A stretch of 64,000 nt of DNA from Peptococcaceae bacterium UBA4068. GTDB taxonomy: Bacteria > Bacillota > Dehalobacteriia > UBA4068. The translations under genes were made by a program, and so were the position numbers. The DNA lies in contig DFZA01000006.1 of the NCBI GenBank assembly GCA_002382665.1, positions 66,950-130,949 on the forward strand. The letters run 5' to 3'. How positions within the stretch are numbered: the stretch's first letter is position 1; every line of letters begins with the position of its first letter. Of the stretch, positions 1 to 9,975 are shown one piece after another. The notes under the pieces are model-generated. The model was not told the DNA's origin and made no database searches. It saw only the letters and a program-made list of their open reading frames with translations.

Positions 1-21
1 AATTATTTTACCGCAACAAGA

Positions 22-58
22 AAAACAGACCGGCCTTATATAAAGGCCGGTCTGTTTG
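22..58. terminator. Perfect inverted repeat (aaacagaccggcc / ggccggtctgttt) downstream of hisC; bidirectional terminator
   Basis: 13-bp perfect stem with A/T runs on both sides, read directly from sequence. Confidence 0.6.
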
Positions 59-141
59 TTTAAACCTATCTCCGTGAACATCATCAGTATATCGGCAAAT
101 CTAATCCAGAGGAAAAATTCTACAATAGAGAACAGTTGGTA

Positions 142-1257
142 TTATCGCCCTGAGTCTAAAATCTCCGCTACCGCTTGGACAAAACCTCTGTTATCCTGTT
201 CGCTGGCAAAACTAAACCGCAGGCTGTTATCATAACCCCAGGCAGGGTCAAAACGTACCCAGAAGCCGCGCCGCAATAATTGTTCAGCCATATATTTACC
301 GTCACGGCCAAAATCTACAAAGAGAAAATTAGACTGACTGTCCGTAACGCGGCATCCTAATTTTCGCAGCTCATCGGTAAAATATTTTCTCGCCTGCTGA
401 GCCGCCGCCAAACTGCGGACAATAAATTCTTTATCATCCAAAGCCGCCAGCGCCGCAGCCTGCGCCAAAATATTAACAGGGTAAGCTTCCATTACCCGCC
501 GCACAGCATCCAGAACTGGCTGCGGCGCCAAAGCATAGCCAACCCGCAAACCTGCCAAGCCATAAAACTTGGAGAAAGTCCGCAAAGATATGATATTTTT
601 CCCCTGTCTGATCTGCGGTAATATATCATATATCCGCTGACGGTCGGCAAAATCCACATAAGCTTCGTCAAGTAGCAGCAAACAATGTTCCGGCAGTTGA
701 TCAATAAAATCAGCCATTTGCTGTGGATCGACAACCGCGCCTGTAGGATTGTTGGGGTTAACAATAATTACCATTTTTGTTTTAGCAGTAATAGCAGCAG
801 CAATCTTCGGTAAATCGAAAGCCATCTCTTGATTAAGCGGCACTTTGATCAGCTTAGCGCGCATTGATTGCGCCTGAATCTCATAGATCACAAACGACGG
901 CGAGCCGATAATCATCTCATCGCCTTCATTGATAAACGACTTGATGATACAAGTAATAATATTATCGCCGCCGTTGGCGCAAAAAACCATATCCGGCATC
1001 AGATCCAACCGTTTGGCAATCGCCTCGCGTAATAATTGGCTACTGCCTTCCGGATAAAAGTTTACCTCTGCAATAGCTGCCGCCATTGCTCGCTTCGCCA
1101 TCGGTGACGGACCTAGCGGATTTTCATTGGCATTCATGCGCACCAGCCGTGACAAATGATACTCTTCCATATACTCGGAAGGCGTTTTACCTACGCTATA
1201 AACAGGCAAATCCATTATTCCCTCACGAACAAGTGTTTTTATATCCATTATATTCAA
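142..1257 (-). CDS. hisC: Histidinol-phosphate aminotransferase (class II PLP aminotransferase)
   Basis: 371-aa ORF. Has NPNNPTG and SKFYGLAGLRVGY (PLP-lysine region) motifs typical of HisC/class-II aminotransferases. Confidence 0.75.
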   Translation of the reverse strand: MNIMDIKTLVREGIMDLPVYSVGKTPSEYMEEYHLSRLVRMNANENPLGPSPMAKRAMAAAIAEVNFYPEGSSQLLREAIAKRLDLMPDMVFCANGGDNIITCIIKSFINEGDEMIIGSPSFVIYEIQAQSMRAKLIKVPLNQEMAFDLPKIAAAITAKTKMVIIVNPNNPTGAVVDPQQMADFIDQLPEHCLLLLDEAYVDFADRQRIYDILPQIRQGKNIISLRTFSKFYGLAGLRVGYALAPQPVLDAVRRVMEAYPVNILAQAAALAALDDKEFIVRSLAAAQQARKYFTDELRKLGCRVTDSQSNFLFVDFGRDGKYMAEQLLRRGFWVRFDPAWGYDNSLRFSFASEQDNRGFVQAVAEILDSGR

Positions 1258-1392
1258 ACTCCTTTGAGTTAAAACTAGCCGATAATATTACCAGATAATA
1301 ATAATCTATTTCTAATGCGCCGTCAACTTCCGGGTATATTTTTGGTAATTTACGGTAATACTTAAATTATCAATCTACCTGCGGAGGTCGCT

Positions 1393-2148
1393 ATGTCAGC
1401 CAAATTAAATAATAATAAAAGCCATTTTTATCAATTGCGCTGGTGGCGGGAGAACCCGGAACGCTGGCGCTGGGGCGCAACTATCGCTATCGTTTTTCTG
1501 ATGACTGCTCTCTTTAGCTACCAGAACCCGCAAATATGGCAGAATATGCAGACTGAGCAGTCAAATATCACTAGCGAACAAAGTTCCCCCTCTACTCAAA
1601 CATCACCGCAAAATAATATTAACACATCAGATGATTCGCAAACGGGTAATAACGTTACCGCCAATCAGCAGCAATCCACTTCAACCACAGATACTACTTC
1701 AACAGATACCGCAAACACTACAGATACTGATGACACTACTACTGCTGAAGCCTCTGCGCCGGAATTCTGGCAACCACCTGCTTTAGGCGAATGGTCCCGA
1801 TACTATGGCTTCGCTTATGACCAAACGTATGATGATTATCGTCTCCATGACGGCTGCGATATGGAACTTGATGTAGGCGCACTGGTTTATGCTTCGGCTG
1901 CCGGTACAGTTACCACAGCCGCCAAGGATGATTTGTGGGGTGGCATTATCATCATCAGCCACGGCGGCGGTTGGAAAAGCGTTTATAAATGCGTAACGCC
2001 GACGGTTGCCAACGGCGACAAAGTAATCGCAGGCCAGGAAATCGGCACAGTAATGTCATCGCCCAAAGCTGAATCCAGCCAACCAGCTCACCTTCATTTT
2101 CAGCTGCTGCTCAACGACGAGCCGCAAAACCCGCAATTATGGTTGTAA
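1393..2148 (+). CDS. M23/LytM-family metallopeptidase with N-terminal TM helix and S/T/Q-rich linker
   Basis: HDGCD...HLHFQLL M23 signature in C-terminal domain. Hydrophobic N-terminus. Low-complexity ST-rich spacer. Confidence 0.6.
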   Translation: MSAKLNNNKSHFYQLRWWRENPERWRWGATIAIVFLMTALFSYQNPQIWQNMQTEQSNITSEQSSPSTQTSPQNNINTSDDSQTGNNVTANQQQSTSTTDTTSTDTANTTDTDDTTTAEASAPEFWQPPALGEWSRYYGFAYDQTYDDYRLHDGCDMELDVGALVYASAAGTVTTAAKDDLWGGIIIISHGGGWKSVYKCVTPTVANGDKVIAGQEIGTVMSSPKAESSQPAHLHFQLLLNDEPQNPQLWL

Positions 2149-2313
2149 TAATTCCATTAATTTACAAATTCTATAATTTTATTAAAAAATAACAGGAAAA
2201 CCCCTGTTATTTTTCTTTTATTTCTTGAAAAAACAAAGGATTTATATTATACTTTACTAGGTTTAATTTAACAAATAAATAATAATCAGTTAAAGATAGG
2301 AGTTATCATATTA

Positions 2314-3330
2314 ATGAAACAAATAGCTACAACCGAAGCGGTCGGACAAGTTCTTTGTCACGATATCACCAGAATTGTCAAAGACGACAGCAAGGGAGTT
2401 GCCTTTAAAAAAGGCCATATCATTCAAGAAGAAGATATTCCCAAATTATTAGCATTGGGCAAAGACAACATTTATATCTGGGAACAGCAGCCAGGAATGA
2501 TGCACGAAAACGAAGCTGCAGTCATACTGCGTGATATCTCAATCAATAAAAATATGTATGCAACCGTACCCAGCGAAGGCAAAATTGAGCTGGTAGCCGC
2601 CGAAGACGGCTTACTTAAAGTAGACAGCAAGCGTCTGCAGCAAATCAACTCTATCGGCGAAATAATCATCGCTAGCCGTCATGGCAATTTCCCAGTTAAA
2701 ACCGGTGATAAAATTGCTGGCATGCGCGTCATCCCGTTGATGATAGAAGAAGAAAAATTAAACTTAGCCCAAAAGATTGCCGATAACACACCGCTTTTTT
2801 CTTTGCTGCCGTTTAAAAACAAAAAGGCGGCCATTATTACAACAGGCAATGAGGTTTTTCACAAAAGGATCCAGGACACTTTTACGCCCGTTATTATCGA
2901 TAAGCTAGCCGAATATGGCACCGAAGTGATCTATCATACCGTCTCGCCTGATAATAAAGATCTTACCGCCGCCGCTATCAATGATGCTCTTAAACATAAT
3001 GTTGAAATAATCATCTGTACCGGTGGCATGAGCGTTGACCCCGATGACTTGACCCCGGCTGCGATCCATCAAAGCGGTGCGGAAATTATTACTTACGGCG
3101 CGCCGGTACTGCCAGGAGCCATGTTGATGTTAGCTTATCATGGCAACGTACCGATAGTAGGCCTTCCTGGCTGTGTTATGTATTGTAAACGGACTGTATT
3201 TGATCTGATACTGCCACGTTTACTGGCCAATGACCGACTTAATGTCGATGATCTGACCGGTCTTGGTGAAGGAGGGTTATGCCTTGGCTGCCAAACTTGT
3301 ACATATCCAACTTGCGGTTTTGGTAAATAA
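2314..3330 (+). CDS. Molybdopterin-binding (MoCF-biosynthesis, MoeA/MogA-like) domain protein with C-terminal Cys cluster
   Basis: ITTGNEV...ICTGGMSVDPDDLT...GLPG motifs of the MogA/MoeA fold. CLGCQTCTYPTC at the C-terminus. Sits immediately upstream of modABC. Confidence 0.55.
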   Translation: MKQIATTEAVGQVLCHDITRIVKDDSKGVAFKKGHIIQEEDIPKLLALGKDNIYIWEQQPGMMHENEAAVILRDISINKNMYATVPSEGKIELVAAEDGLLKVDSKRLQQINSIGEIIIASRHGNFPVKTGDKIAGMRVIPLMIEEEKLNLAQKIADNTPLFSLLPFKNKKAAIITTGNEVFHKRIQDTFTPVIIDKLAEYGTEVIYHTVSPDNKDLTAAAINDALKHNVEIIICTGGMSVDPDDLTPAAIHQSGAEIITYGAPVLPGAMLMLAYHGNVPIVGLPGCVMYCKRTVFDLILPRLLANDRLNVDDLTGLGEGGLCLGCQTCTYPTCGFGK

Positions 3331-3389
3331 TACTGCTGACGAGCAGTTTATATATAGCAATTAATATTAATTAACAGGAGGAATACATA

Positions 3390-4187
3390 ATGAAGAAATA
3401 TTTACTTGCCGCACTACTTATTTTAACTTTAGTTTTTTGCGCTGCCTGCTCATCTTCCGAAGATCAAACAACTGACGAAGATCAAGCTCCGAAGGTAACA
3501 TTAACGGTTGCTGCAGCTGCCAGCCTCACCAACGTTACTGAAGAAATTAAAGATCTCTATGCCGAAAAAGCACCTAACGTAACTTTGAATTTTACTTACG
3601 GTTCTTCCGGCGCCCTGCAAACGCAAATTGAAGAAGGCGCTGGGGTTGATGTCTTTTTCTCCGCCGCTACCAAACAAATGGATGCTCTTGCAGATAAAGA
3701 TTTAATTGATACAGCTAGCAAAAAAGACCTGTTAGCTAACGAAGTAGTACTGATTGTTCCCAAAGACAGTACCAAAGGTATTACATCTTTTGAAGATTTG
3801 GCTACCGATAAAGTCAGCCTATTAGCCATCGGCGATCCGGCTTCCGTTCCCGCCGGACAATATGCCAAAGAAGTCTTCACGGCTTTAGGTATTTGGGATA
3901 CCGTCAGTGCCAAAGCTACTCTGGGTACTGATGTTACTGCGGTATTAACCTGGGTCGAAAACGGCGAGGTCGATTGCGGTGTAGTCTATTCAACCGACGC
4001 CGCCTCCAGCGACAAAGTAACAGTCGTCTGTGATGCCCCGGCTGACAGTCATTCGCCGATCATTTACCCGGTAGCCATTGTAAAAGCCAGCGCCAATGCC
4101 GAGGCGGCCGCCGATTTTATTGATTTTCTGTCCAGTGACGAAGCTATGCAGGTATTCGCTGATTACGGTTTTAAAGCTAATAAATAA
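3390..4187 (+). CDS. modA: Molybdate ABC transporter substrate-binding lipoprotein
   Basis: Lipobox LVFCAAC. ModA-like periplasmic-binding fold motifs (GSSGAL, AAD). Followed by permease and ATPase genes. Confidence 0.8.
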   Translation: MKKYLLAALLILTLVFCAACSSSEDQTTDEDQAPKVTLTVAAAASLTNVTEEIKDLYAEKAPNVTLNFTYGSSGALQTQIEEGAGVDVFFSAATKQMDALADKDLIDTASKKDLLANEVVLIVPKDSTKGITSFEDLATDKVSLLAIGDPASVPAGQYAKEVFTALGIWDTVSAKATLGTDVTAVLTWVENGEVDCGVVYSTDAASSDKVTVVCDAPADSHSPIIYPVAIVKASANAEAAADFIDFLSSDEAMQVFADYGFKANK

Positions 4188-4202
4188 AAGGAGTTTCACT
4201 TA

Positions 4203-4880
4203 ATGCAGCTATCCCCACTGATAATTTCGCTGCAGGTGGCTTGCGTTGCCACATTTATTACCTTCTTTTGTGGCATTGCAGCTGCCAGATTAGTATTGAA
4301 AATAAAAAAAGGCCAAAACTTACTGGACGTACTGTTCACATTACCATTGGTATTGCCGCCTACAGTAATGGGATTCTTTTTACTGCTGGTTTTCGGCACC
4401 AATAACCCTTTAGGGCAGCTATTGGCGACATTCGGTATTAAAGTGGTATTTTCCTTAGGCGGTGCTATCATTGCCGCTGCCACGGTCAGCTTCCCGTTAA
4501 TGTACCGTACCGCCAGAGGCGCTTTTGAACAGATTGACATCAATACTATCTATGCCGCTCGTACGTTGGGCGCTTCTGAACAATGGATATTCTGGAAACT
4601 GATCGTCCCACTTTCCGGGCCGGGTATTATCGCCGGCACTATCCTTGCCTTTACCCGTGCACTGGGCGAATTTGGCGCAACTATCATGCTTGCCGGCAAT
4701 ATTCCCGGTAAAACACAAACGATGTCTGTTGCCATTTACACAGCGGTACAAGCCGGAAATCGTCAGCTTGCCTATCAATGGGTAGCAATAATCTGCACTA
4801 TTTCTTTGATCACTATTTTACTGATGAATTACTGGAGTAATTATCAGAAACGTCGGCAGCAGCGGGAGGTTAAACTATGA
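4203..4880 (+). CDS. modB: Molybdate ABC transporter permease
   Basis: 225-aa polytopic membrane protein with ABC permease EAA-like loop (ARTLGAS...FWKLIVP). Translationally adjacent to modA and modC. Confidence 0.8.
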   Translation: MQLSPLIISLQVACVATFITFFCGIAAARLVLKIKKGQNLLDVLFTLPLVLPPTVMGFFLLLVFGTNNPLGQLLATFGIKVVFSLGGAIIAAATVSFPLMYRTARGAFEQIDINTIYAARTLGASEQWIFWKLIVPLSGPGIIAGTILAFTRALGEFGATIMLAGNIPGKTQTMSVAIYTAVQAGNRQLAYQWVAIICTISLITILLMNYWSNYQKRRQQREVKL

Positions 4881-5935
4881 GCCTCCAAGTTGAAATTTCA
4901 AAAAAGCTTGGCAATTTTACACTCGATGTTGCATTCTCTGCCACAGATGAGATATTAGCGATCCTTGGCGCGTCCGGTTGCGGAAAAAGCATGACGCTTA
5001 AATGCATCGCCGGGATTGAAAAACCCGATAAAGGGCGGATCGTTCTTAATGACCGTGTTTTATATGACAGCGCCGCCCATATCAACCTAACGCCGCAACA
5101 ACGACAAGCCGGATACTTGTTTCAAAATTACGCATTATTTCCTAATCTCACTGTTGATGCAAATATTGGTGTTGGCGTCAAAGCTCCTGCTGCTGCCAAA
5201 CGGCAAATAATAAATGAAAAAATCAAGGAATTCTATCTGGAAGGACAAGAAAACAAATTTCCGCATCAACTCTCAGGCGGACAGCAACAACGAGTCGCAT
5301 TAGCGCGTATGTTGGCACAGCAGCCACAACTGATAATGCTTGACGAACCGTTCGCCGCGCTTGACAACCATCTGCAATGGCAAACGGAGCAGCAAATCCG
5401 TCGGATTTTTGATAGTTTTTCCGGAACGGTGCTGTTCGTCTCTCACAATCGTGACGAGGTTTATCGGCTTTGTGACAGAGCGGCAGTACTTGATCATGGA
5501 CATATTGATTTTATATCCGATAAACATTCATTCTTTGACAGTCCGCGAACTGCGGCTTCCGCACAGCTTACCGGCTGTCAAAATATCAGCAGTGCCACCA
5601 AAATCGATGCTCATACAGTAATAGCCAATGATTGGCAGTTAAGTCTTACTACCAAAGCTATAGTTCCTGATGATATCGCTTATGTCGGATATCGCTCCCA
5701 CTATCTTTATCCGGCAACGTCCATCGGCGGCAACGTTTACCCGCTGAAAATCAAGAGAATAATTGAAGATAGCTTCTCCATGATTATTTTAATGGTCAAT
5801 CCTGATAATAGCAGCGATAACGCGCCGACAATTCGTTGGAAAGTAGATAAGAACATTTGGCAAGATAATTATCATGAGCAGCAAATAGTTAATATCGGTT
5901 TTAATCCGGAAAAAATAATGCTGCTAAACAAATAA
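4877..5935 (+). CDS. modC: Molybdate ABC transporter ATP-binding protein with C-terminal TOBE-like extension
   Basis: Walker A GASGCGKS, signature LSGGQQQRVALAR, Walker B LIMLDEPFAALD. Start overlaps the modB stop. Confidence 0.8.
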   Translation: MSLQVEISKKLGNFTLDVAFSATDEILAILGASGCGKSMTLKCIAGIEKPDKGRIVLNDRVLYDSAAHINLTPQQRQAGYLFQNYALFPNLTVDANIGVGVKAPAAAKRQIINEKIKEFYLEGQENKFPHQLSGGQQQRVALARMLAQQPQLIMLDEPFAALDNHLQWQTEQQIRRIFDSFSGTVLFVSHNRDEVYRLCDRAAVLDHGHIDFISDKHSFFDSPRTAASAQLTGCQNISSATKIDAHTVIANDWQLSLTTKAIVPDDIAYVGYRSHYLYPATSIGGNVYPLKIKRIIEDSFSMIILMVNPDNSSDNAPTIRWKVDKNIWQDNYHEQQIVNIGFNPEKIMLLNK

Positions 5936-5943
5936 ATATCAGA

Positions 5944-5975
5944 ACAAAAAGGACTGCAAAGCAGTCCTTTTTTTA
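5944..5975 (+). terminator. Rho-independent terminator after modC
   Basis: aaaaaggactgcaaagcagtccttttttt hairpin plus T-run. Confidence 0.6.
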
Positions 5976-6017
5976 TCTATATAACAAGGGAATCGGCAAA
6001 CAGTTAGCGAATATTAT

Positions 6018-6716
6018 ATGGTTATTAACTATTACATTATTAAAATGGCGGCTAATCATTTGGAGGAAATCATGTCGCTGCTATTATGGGCAAGCTATTT
6101 AACTGTCGGAGCCATATATATCTATGGTAGTTTTGACAATAAAATTAATTTCACAGATCGCTTCGGTGATTTTTGCCGGCTTTTATTGGCGCCAATACTG
6201 CTGATAATCTATATATATCTAACAAACACTATCTCATACTGGGTTATCGCATCGCTGATACTAACCGGCTTAGCATATTCGTTTTTTTGGCAACAATTAA
6301 AGCCATCATTGATTATCAAAGCGTTCTATTTGCTAGCCGCCGCCAACATTTGCTGGTCCGTTTTCTTTGCTTTAAAAATAAATATTGGTTCAGTAAATAT
6401 TAGCGCAGGTATATTATTAATTGTCTTTAGTATATTTGGATATTTACAATATTTAATCACCGGTAAGCGAAAACTTCTACGACAAAAGGCGGTAATACTC
6501 TGTGGCATTACAGGGTTGATTACCGGTTATTTAGCATCTGGGGCTTATTTTACAGTTGTCAATAAGAGTTTGCTTGTCGGTTTTTGCGGTAGTTTAGCAC
6601 TACTTTTATCCTACACTTTGCATTGGTGGCCTAAAAAAAATCAATTGCTACAAAGCTGTGGAGCTTTATCTTTGATAATTGCCTATATGTATTTAATTTT
6701 GGGCAGTTTGACATAA
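6018..6716 (+). CDS. Polytopic membrane protein of unknown function
   Basis: 232-aa ORF, about 7 hydrophobic segments, no recognisable motif. Confidence 0.4.
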   Translation: MVINYYIIKMAANHLEEIMSLLLWASYLTVGAIYIYGSFDNKINFTDRFGDFCRLLLAPILLIIYIYLTNTISYWVIASLILTGLAYSFFWQQLKPSLIIKAFYLLAAANICWSVFFALKINIGSVNISAGILLIVFSIFGYLQYLITGKRKLLRQKAVILCGITGLITGYLASGAYFTVVNKSLLVGFCGSLALLLSYTLHWWPKKNQLLQSCGALSLIIAYMYLILGSLT

Positions 6717-6729
6717 CTGGGGGTTTATT

Positions 6730-7464
6730 ATGATTAAAATACATACCCGAGATTGGTTACTGACTGTAAACGAAACAGACTTTCATAAAAATTGGCGTCC
6801 TTCGGCAATTCTCGGCGCTGCACAGGAGATGGCTTCCGAACATTCCGACTTGCTGGGCTGCGGTGTAGATGAATTTGCAAAGGTTGGTGCCACCTGGATA
6901 TTGTTCCGTCAATCTTATCAGATGGACAAGTATCCCAAAATCGGCGATACGGTAAGAATCTCAACCTGGCCGGGAAAACCGCAATTTACCGTCATGCCAC
7001 GATATTTTACTTTTGAAAGTGTTGACGGTGAGCTATATGGCAAAGCTCATACCTTATGGTTTATTGTAGACTTAAATACAAAAAAAATGCTTACAGCTTC
7101 TAAAATTGGCTATAACATACCTGATATCGACGACTTGCCGAAACTATTACCAATGCCGGGGAAAATTGAATTTCCCAGCCCGGTTTCTTACAAAACCCAG
7201 CGCATAGTCCGATTCAGCGATCTTGATTATAATAATCACATGAATAATGCCCGTTATTTAGAATGGATCTGCGATCTATTCCCAACCTCCCGCTTCGAAA
7301 ATAATTATTTTGCGAATTGGCAGATAAACTATTTGACCGCTGCAAAAGCTGATGAAGAAATTGCTATGGAATTAAATGAGACTGATCACGAATTCTCTTT
7401 AAGAGGATATCGAACAGCGGATAATCAAGACATATTTGCTGCAATTGGCGCTTGGCAATTCTAA
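6730..7464 (+). CDS. Acyl-ACP thioesterase family protein
   Basis: 244 aa, two hot-dog halves. Has the DxNxHMNNARYLEW motif characteristic of FatA/FatB-type acyl-ACP thioesterases. Confidence 0.65.
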   Translation: MIKIHTRDWLLTVNETDFHKNWRPSAILGAAQEMASEHSDLLGCGVDEFAKVGATWILFRQSYQMDKYPKIGDTVRISTWPGKPQFTVMPRYFTFESVDGELYGKAHTLWFIVDLNTKKMLTASKIGYNIPDIDDLPKLLPMPGKIEFPSPVSYKTQRIVRFSDLDYNNHMNNARYLEWICDLFPTSRFENNYFANWQINYLTAAKADEEIAMELNETDHEFSLRGYRTADNQDIFAAIGAWQF

Positions 7465-7548
7465 TTGACAAATACTTGACAAATTTTCGCCTGTATTTTA
7501 TTATTTTTTTGTATTAGCAAAACTCTCAGGCCTAATAGAAAGAGGAAT

Positions 7549-8682
7549 TTGATGAGTATATCTGGCGCTGCCAATCAGGCTGTACAACTTCATCCTTCAA
7601 CCAATATAGCAGTTGTAATACCGGTCCGTAACCCTTCCGCAGATTTGATACCATGGTTAAAACGACTGCTAGGCATGGGAATACCTCAGGTCATTATCAT
7701 TGATGATGGTTCCATAGAAGGTATTGATACTCTTAGTCAAATTCAAGAGTTTAATCAATGTCAGCTTCTTCGCAACGAAGAAACACGTGGTTCCGGCCGC
7801 TCAATAAAAAAGGCATTTTCCTACCTTATGTCTCAGGCGGATGAACGGGATGGCGTTATTACTATTAGCGGATATGCGCTTTATGCGCCGGAAGATGTTT
7901 ATAAAATGGCTTGGGAAATAACTAATCATCCCAACACCATACTACTTGGAAGGCGTCATTTTGATGAATTACAATTAACTACTAAACGCCGCGTGGGACA
8001 TTTTTTTGCGAATCTGGCTTTTAAGCTGCTATTTACCGGACATCTTCACGATACCCAATCACCGCTCAAAGCCTACCCGATCTCAATGTTGCCCTGGTTG
8101 ATTGGCATTAAAGGCGAATACTTCGATTATGATATCAATGTGCTGATTGCCGCGAAAAAACAATTGAAGCCGATTGCGGAGTTAGATATTAATGCCTCCT
8201 CGGAACTAATCAAAAATGTCGAATCCAGACCTATCCGGGTTGCCTGGACAATGTTTTTAGGCTTCAGCCGCTATCTTTATTCTTCATTATCCTCGACTGG
8301 TGTCGATTTACTGATTTTCTACATCATGCAATATCATATAATGGCGAATTTTACGCCCAGTTCCTTAAGGATTTTGATTTCCGTAGTCACTGCCAGAGTC
8401 TCATCATCGTTAATTAACTTTACCATGAACAGAACTCTTGTGTTTTCGCATCATGGTAGTCTTGGCCGCTCTGCAGCCAGGTTTTATGTTACCTGGTTTA
8501 TACAAATGATGTGTTCTTACGGTATTGTTTATTTAGCCAGCCTGATTGCCCCTAGTGTATTAGTGTTATTAAAACTGGTCGGCGATTTCTTCCTGGCAAT
8601 TGCTAATTATGAAGTACAGCTACATTGGGTTTTCAAAAAAACACCGCCAAAGCCTACTGTCTCATTGGAAAACAATAGATAA
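7549..8682 (+). CDS. GT2-family glycosyltransferase fused to a C-terminal GtrA-like 4-TM domain
   Basis: N-terminal VVIPVRN...IIIDDGS (GT-A DXD-type fold). C-terminal four hydrophobic helices typical of GtrA/polyprenyl-phosphate sugar synthases. Confidence 0.6.
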   Translation: MMSISGAANQAVQLHPSTNIAVVIPVRNPSADLIPWLKRLLGMGIPQVIIIDDGSIEGIDTLSQIQEFNQCQLLRNEETRGSGRSIKKAFSYLMSQADERDGVITISGYALYAPEDVYKMAWEITNHPNTILLGRRHFDELQLTTKRRVGHFFANLAFKLLFTGHLHDTQSPLKAYPISMLPWLIGIKGEYFDYDINVLIAAKKQLKPIAELDINASSELIKNVESRPIRVAWTMFLGFSRYLYSSLSSTGVDLLIFYIMQYHIMANFTPSSLRILISVVTARVSSSLINFTMNRTLVFSHHGSLGRSAARFYVTWFIQMMCSYGIVYLASLIAPSVLVLLKLVGDFFLAIANYEVQLHWVFKKTPPKPTVSLENNR

Positions 8683-8902
8683 TAATAACAACGGCAGGGA
8701 TACAATCCCTGCCGTCAGCGTGTCGATAAACTTCGCGATACGTCGTTACGGCCATCACCGGCTTCTCGACGTATCTTTATTAATACGCCTGCGTCGCCGG
8801 TTCCGGACGCGCCTGGTCTCGCTCGTTTCTCGGCTCGCTGATAATCTTTTTGACAGTCTCACGGTAGACATACAATTTCTGCCGTTATTTCTGTTATTCA
8901 AT

Positions 8903-9877
8903 TTAAATATATCCAAGTAATCGCAAACTATAGGTAAATATAAACAGTGTTATTACCGCCAAAGCGGTAGAGAAAAATATTATCTGGGAAGCCAGTTTAT
9001 AATCAGCCCCCATCTGATAGGCCATCGGAAAACTGCTGACAGCCGCTGGGGCACCAAAAAACACCATTAATACCACCAAATCGGTGCCGCGAATACCTAA
9101 GTAAATACTTAACATGACCATAATCAGAGGGAATACCAGTATTTTAATAGCCGTAGCAATTAAACTTAATTTGATTGTGTTATTGTCTTTTTCAAAGTCC
9201 ATGCTGGCGCCAAGCGTAATCAGTGCCAGCGGAATCGCCATATCGGACATAAAACTAATCGGTTTCATAACAATAACAGGTAGTTTTAATCCCACTAAAG
9301 ATGAAATAACACCCAACACCGTAGCAATGATTAACGGATTGGTAATGATCTTTCTAATATAATGACGGTTATGGGCGTCTCCGGTACTTTCCGATAGCAC
9401 CAAAACTGCGATTATATTATAAAAAGGAATAGCAAAAGCCATCATCATCGAGGCCTCCGCCATTCCGGCGGAACCGCTGATATTATTAATCAACGCGAAG
9501 CCTAACAATACAAAATTACCGCGAAAACTGCCTTGAATAAAAGCGCTGCGGCGAGCCGGATCACCGATTAGCTTATCAGAGCTGATACGCAAAATAATAA
9601 CCAGAATCAGCGTAGAAACAATTGCTAATATGATCGGCAAAGGCGTTATTTTGCTAACCGGGTTAGCAAGCAAGTCTTGATAAAGCATGCAGGGCAAAGC
9701 CACGGTAAATACAAACTTGGTACCGCCGGCAATAAAATTGGTATTAAGAAATTTATATCGTTTTAATAGATAACCAAGCAGCGCAATAATAAATATTGGC
9801 AAAACTGCATTGATACTAAAAATAAGCTGCGTCATAATACCACCAATAAATATTAAACTTCGTGATAATTCTACCAC
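8903..9877 (-). CDS. AEC (auxin efflux carrier/malate permease) family transporter
   Basis: 324 aa, two repeated 5-TM halves, AEC-like pattern. Confidence 0.65.
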   Translation of the reverse strand: MVELSRSLIFIGGIMTQLIFSINAVLPIFIIALLGYLLKRYKFLNTNFIAGGTKFVFTVALPCMLYQDLLANPVSKITPLPIILAIVSTLILVIILRISSDKLIGDPARRSAFIQGSFRGNFVLLGFALINNISGSAGMAEASMMMAFAIPFYNIIAVLVLSESTGDAHNRHYIRKIITNPLIIATVLGVISSLVGLKLPVIVMKPISFMSDMAIPLALITLGASMDFEKDNNTIKLSLIATAIKILVFPLIMVMLSIYLGIRGTDLVVLMVFFGAPAAVSSFPMAYQMGADYKLASQIIFFSTALAVITLFIFTYSLRLLGYI

Positions 9878-9975
9878 GCCTGCTCTGATATCGCAACATC
9901 AACAAAAAACCTTAATTGCATATATCCACAGTATTTGATAAAATAGTATAGTAATTAAATTAGAGAGGAATGTCT

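Noticed and set aside
492-764. Numerous antisense or embedded ORFs (e.g. 492..764, 2472..2669, 3596..3913, 10827..11147, 15715..16116, 18525..18821, 22908..23189, 39872..40288, 56529..57095)
   Set aside because: Each lies wholly inside a longer ORF on the opposite strand or another frame that has clear family motifs. Typical six-frame shadows.
8600-8920. 106-aa ORF spanning the GC-rich intergenic segment
   Set aside because: Composition is Arg/Leu-rich junk and there is no RBS. It overlaps a terminator hairpin. The underlying sequence is kept as a structured non-coding observation.
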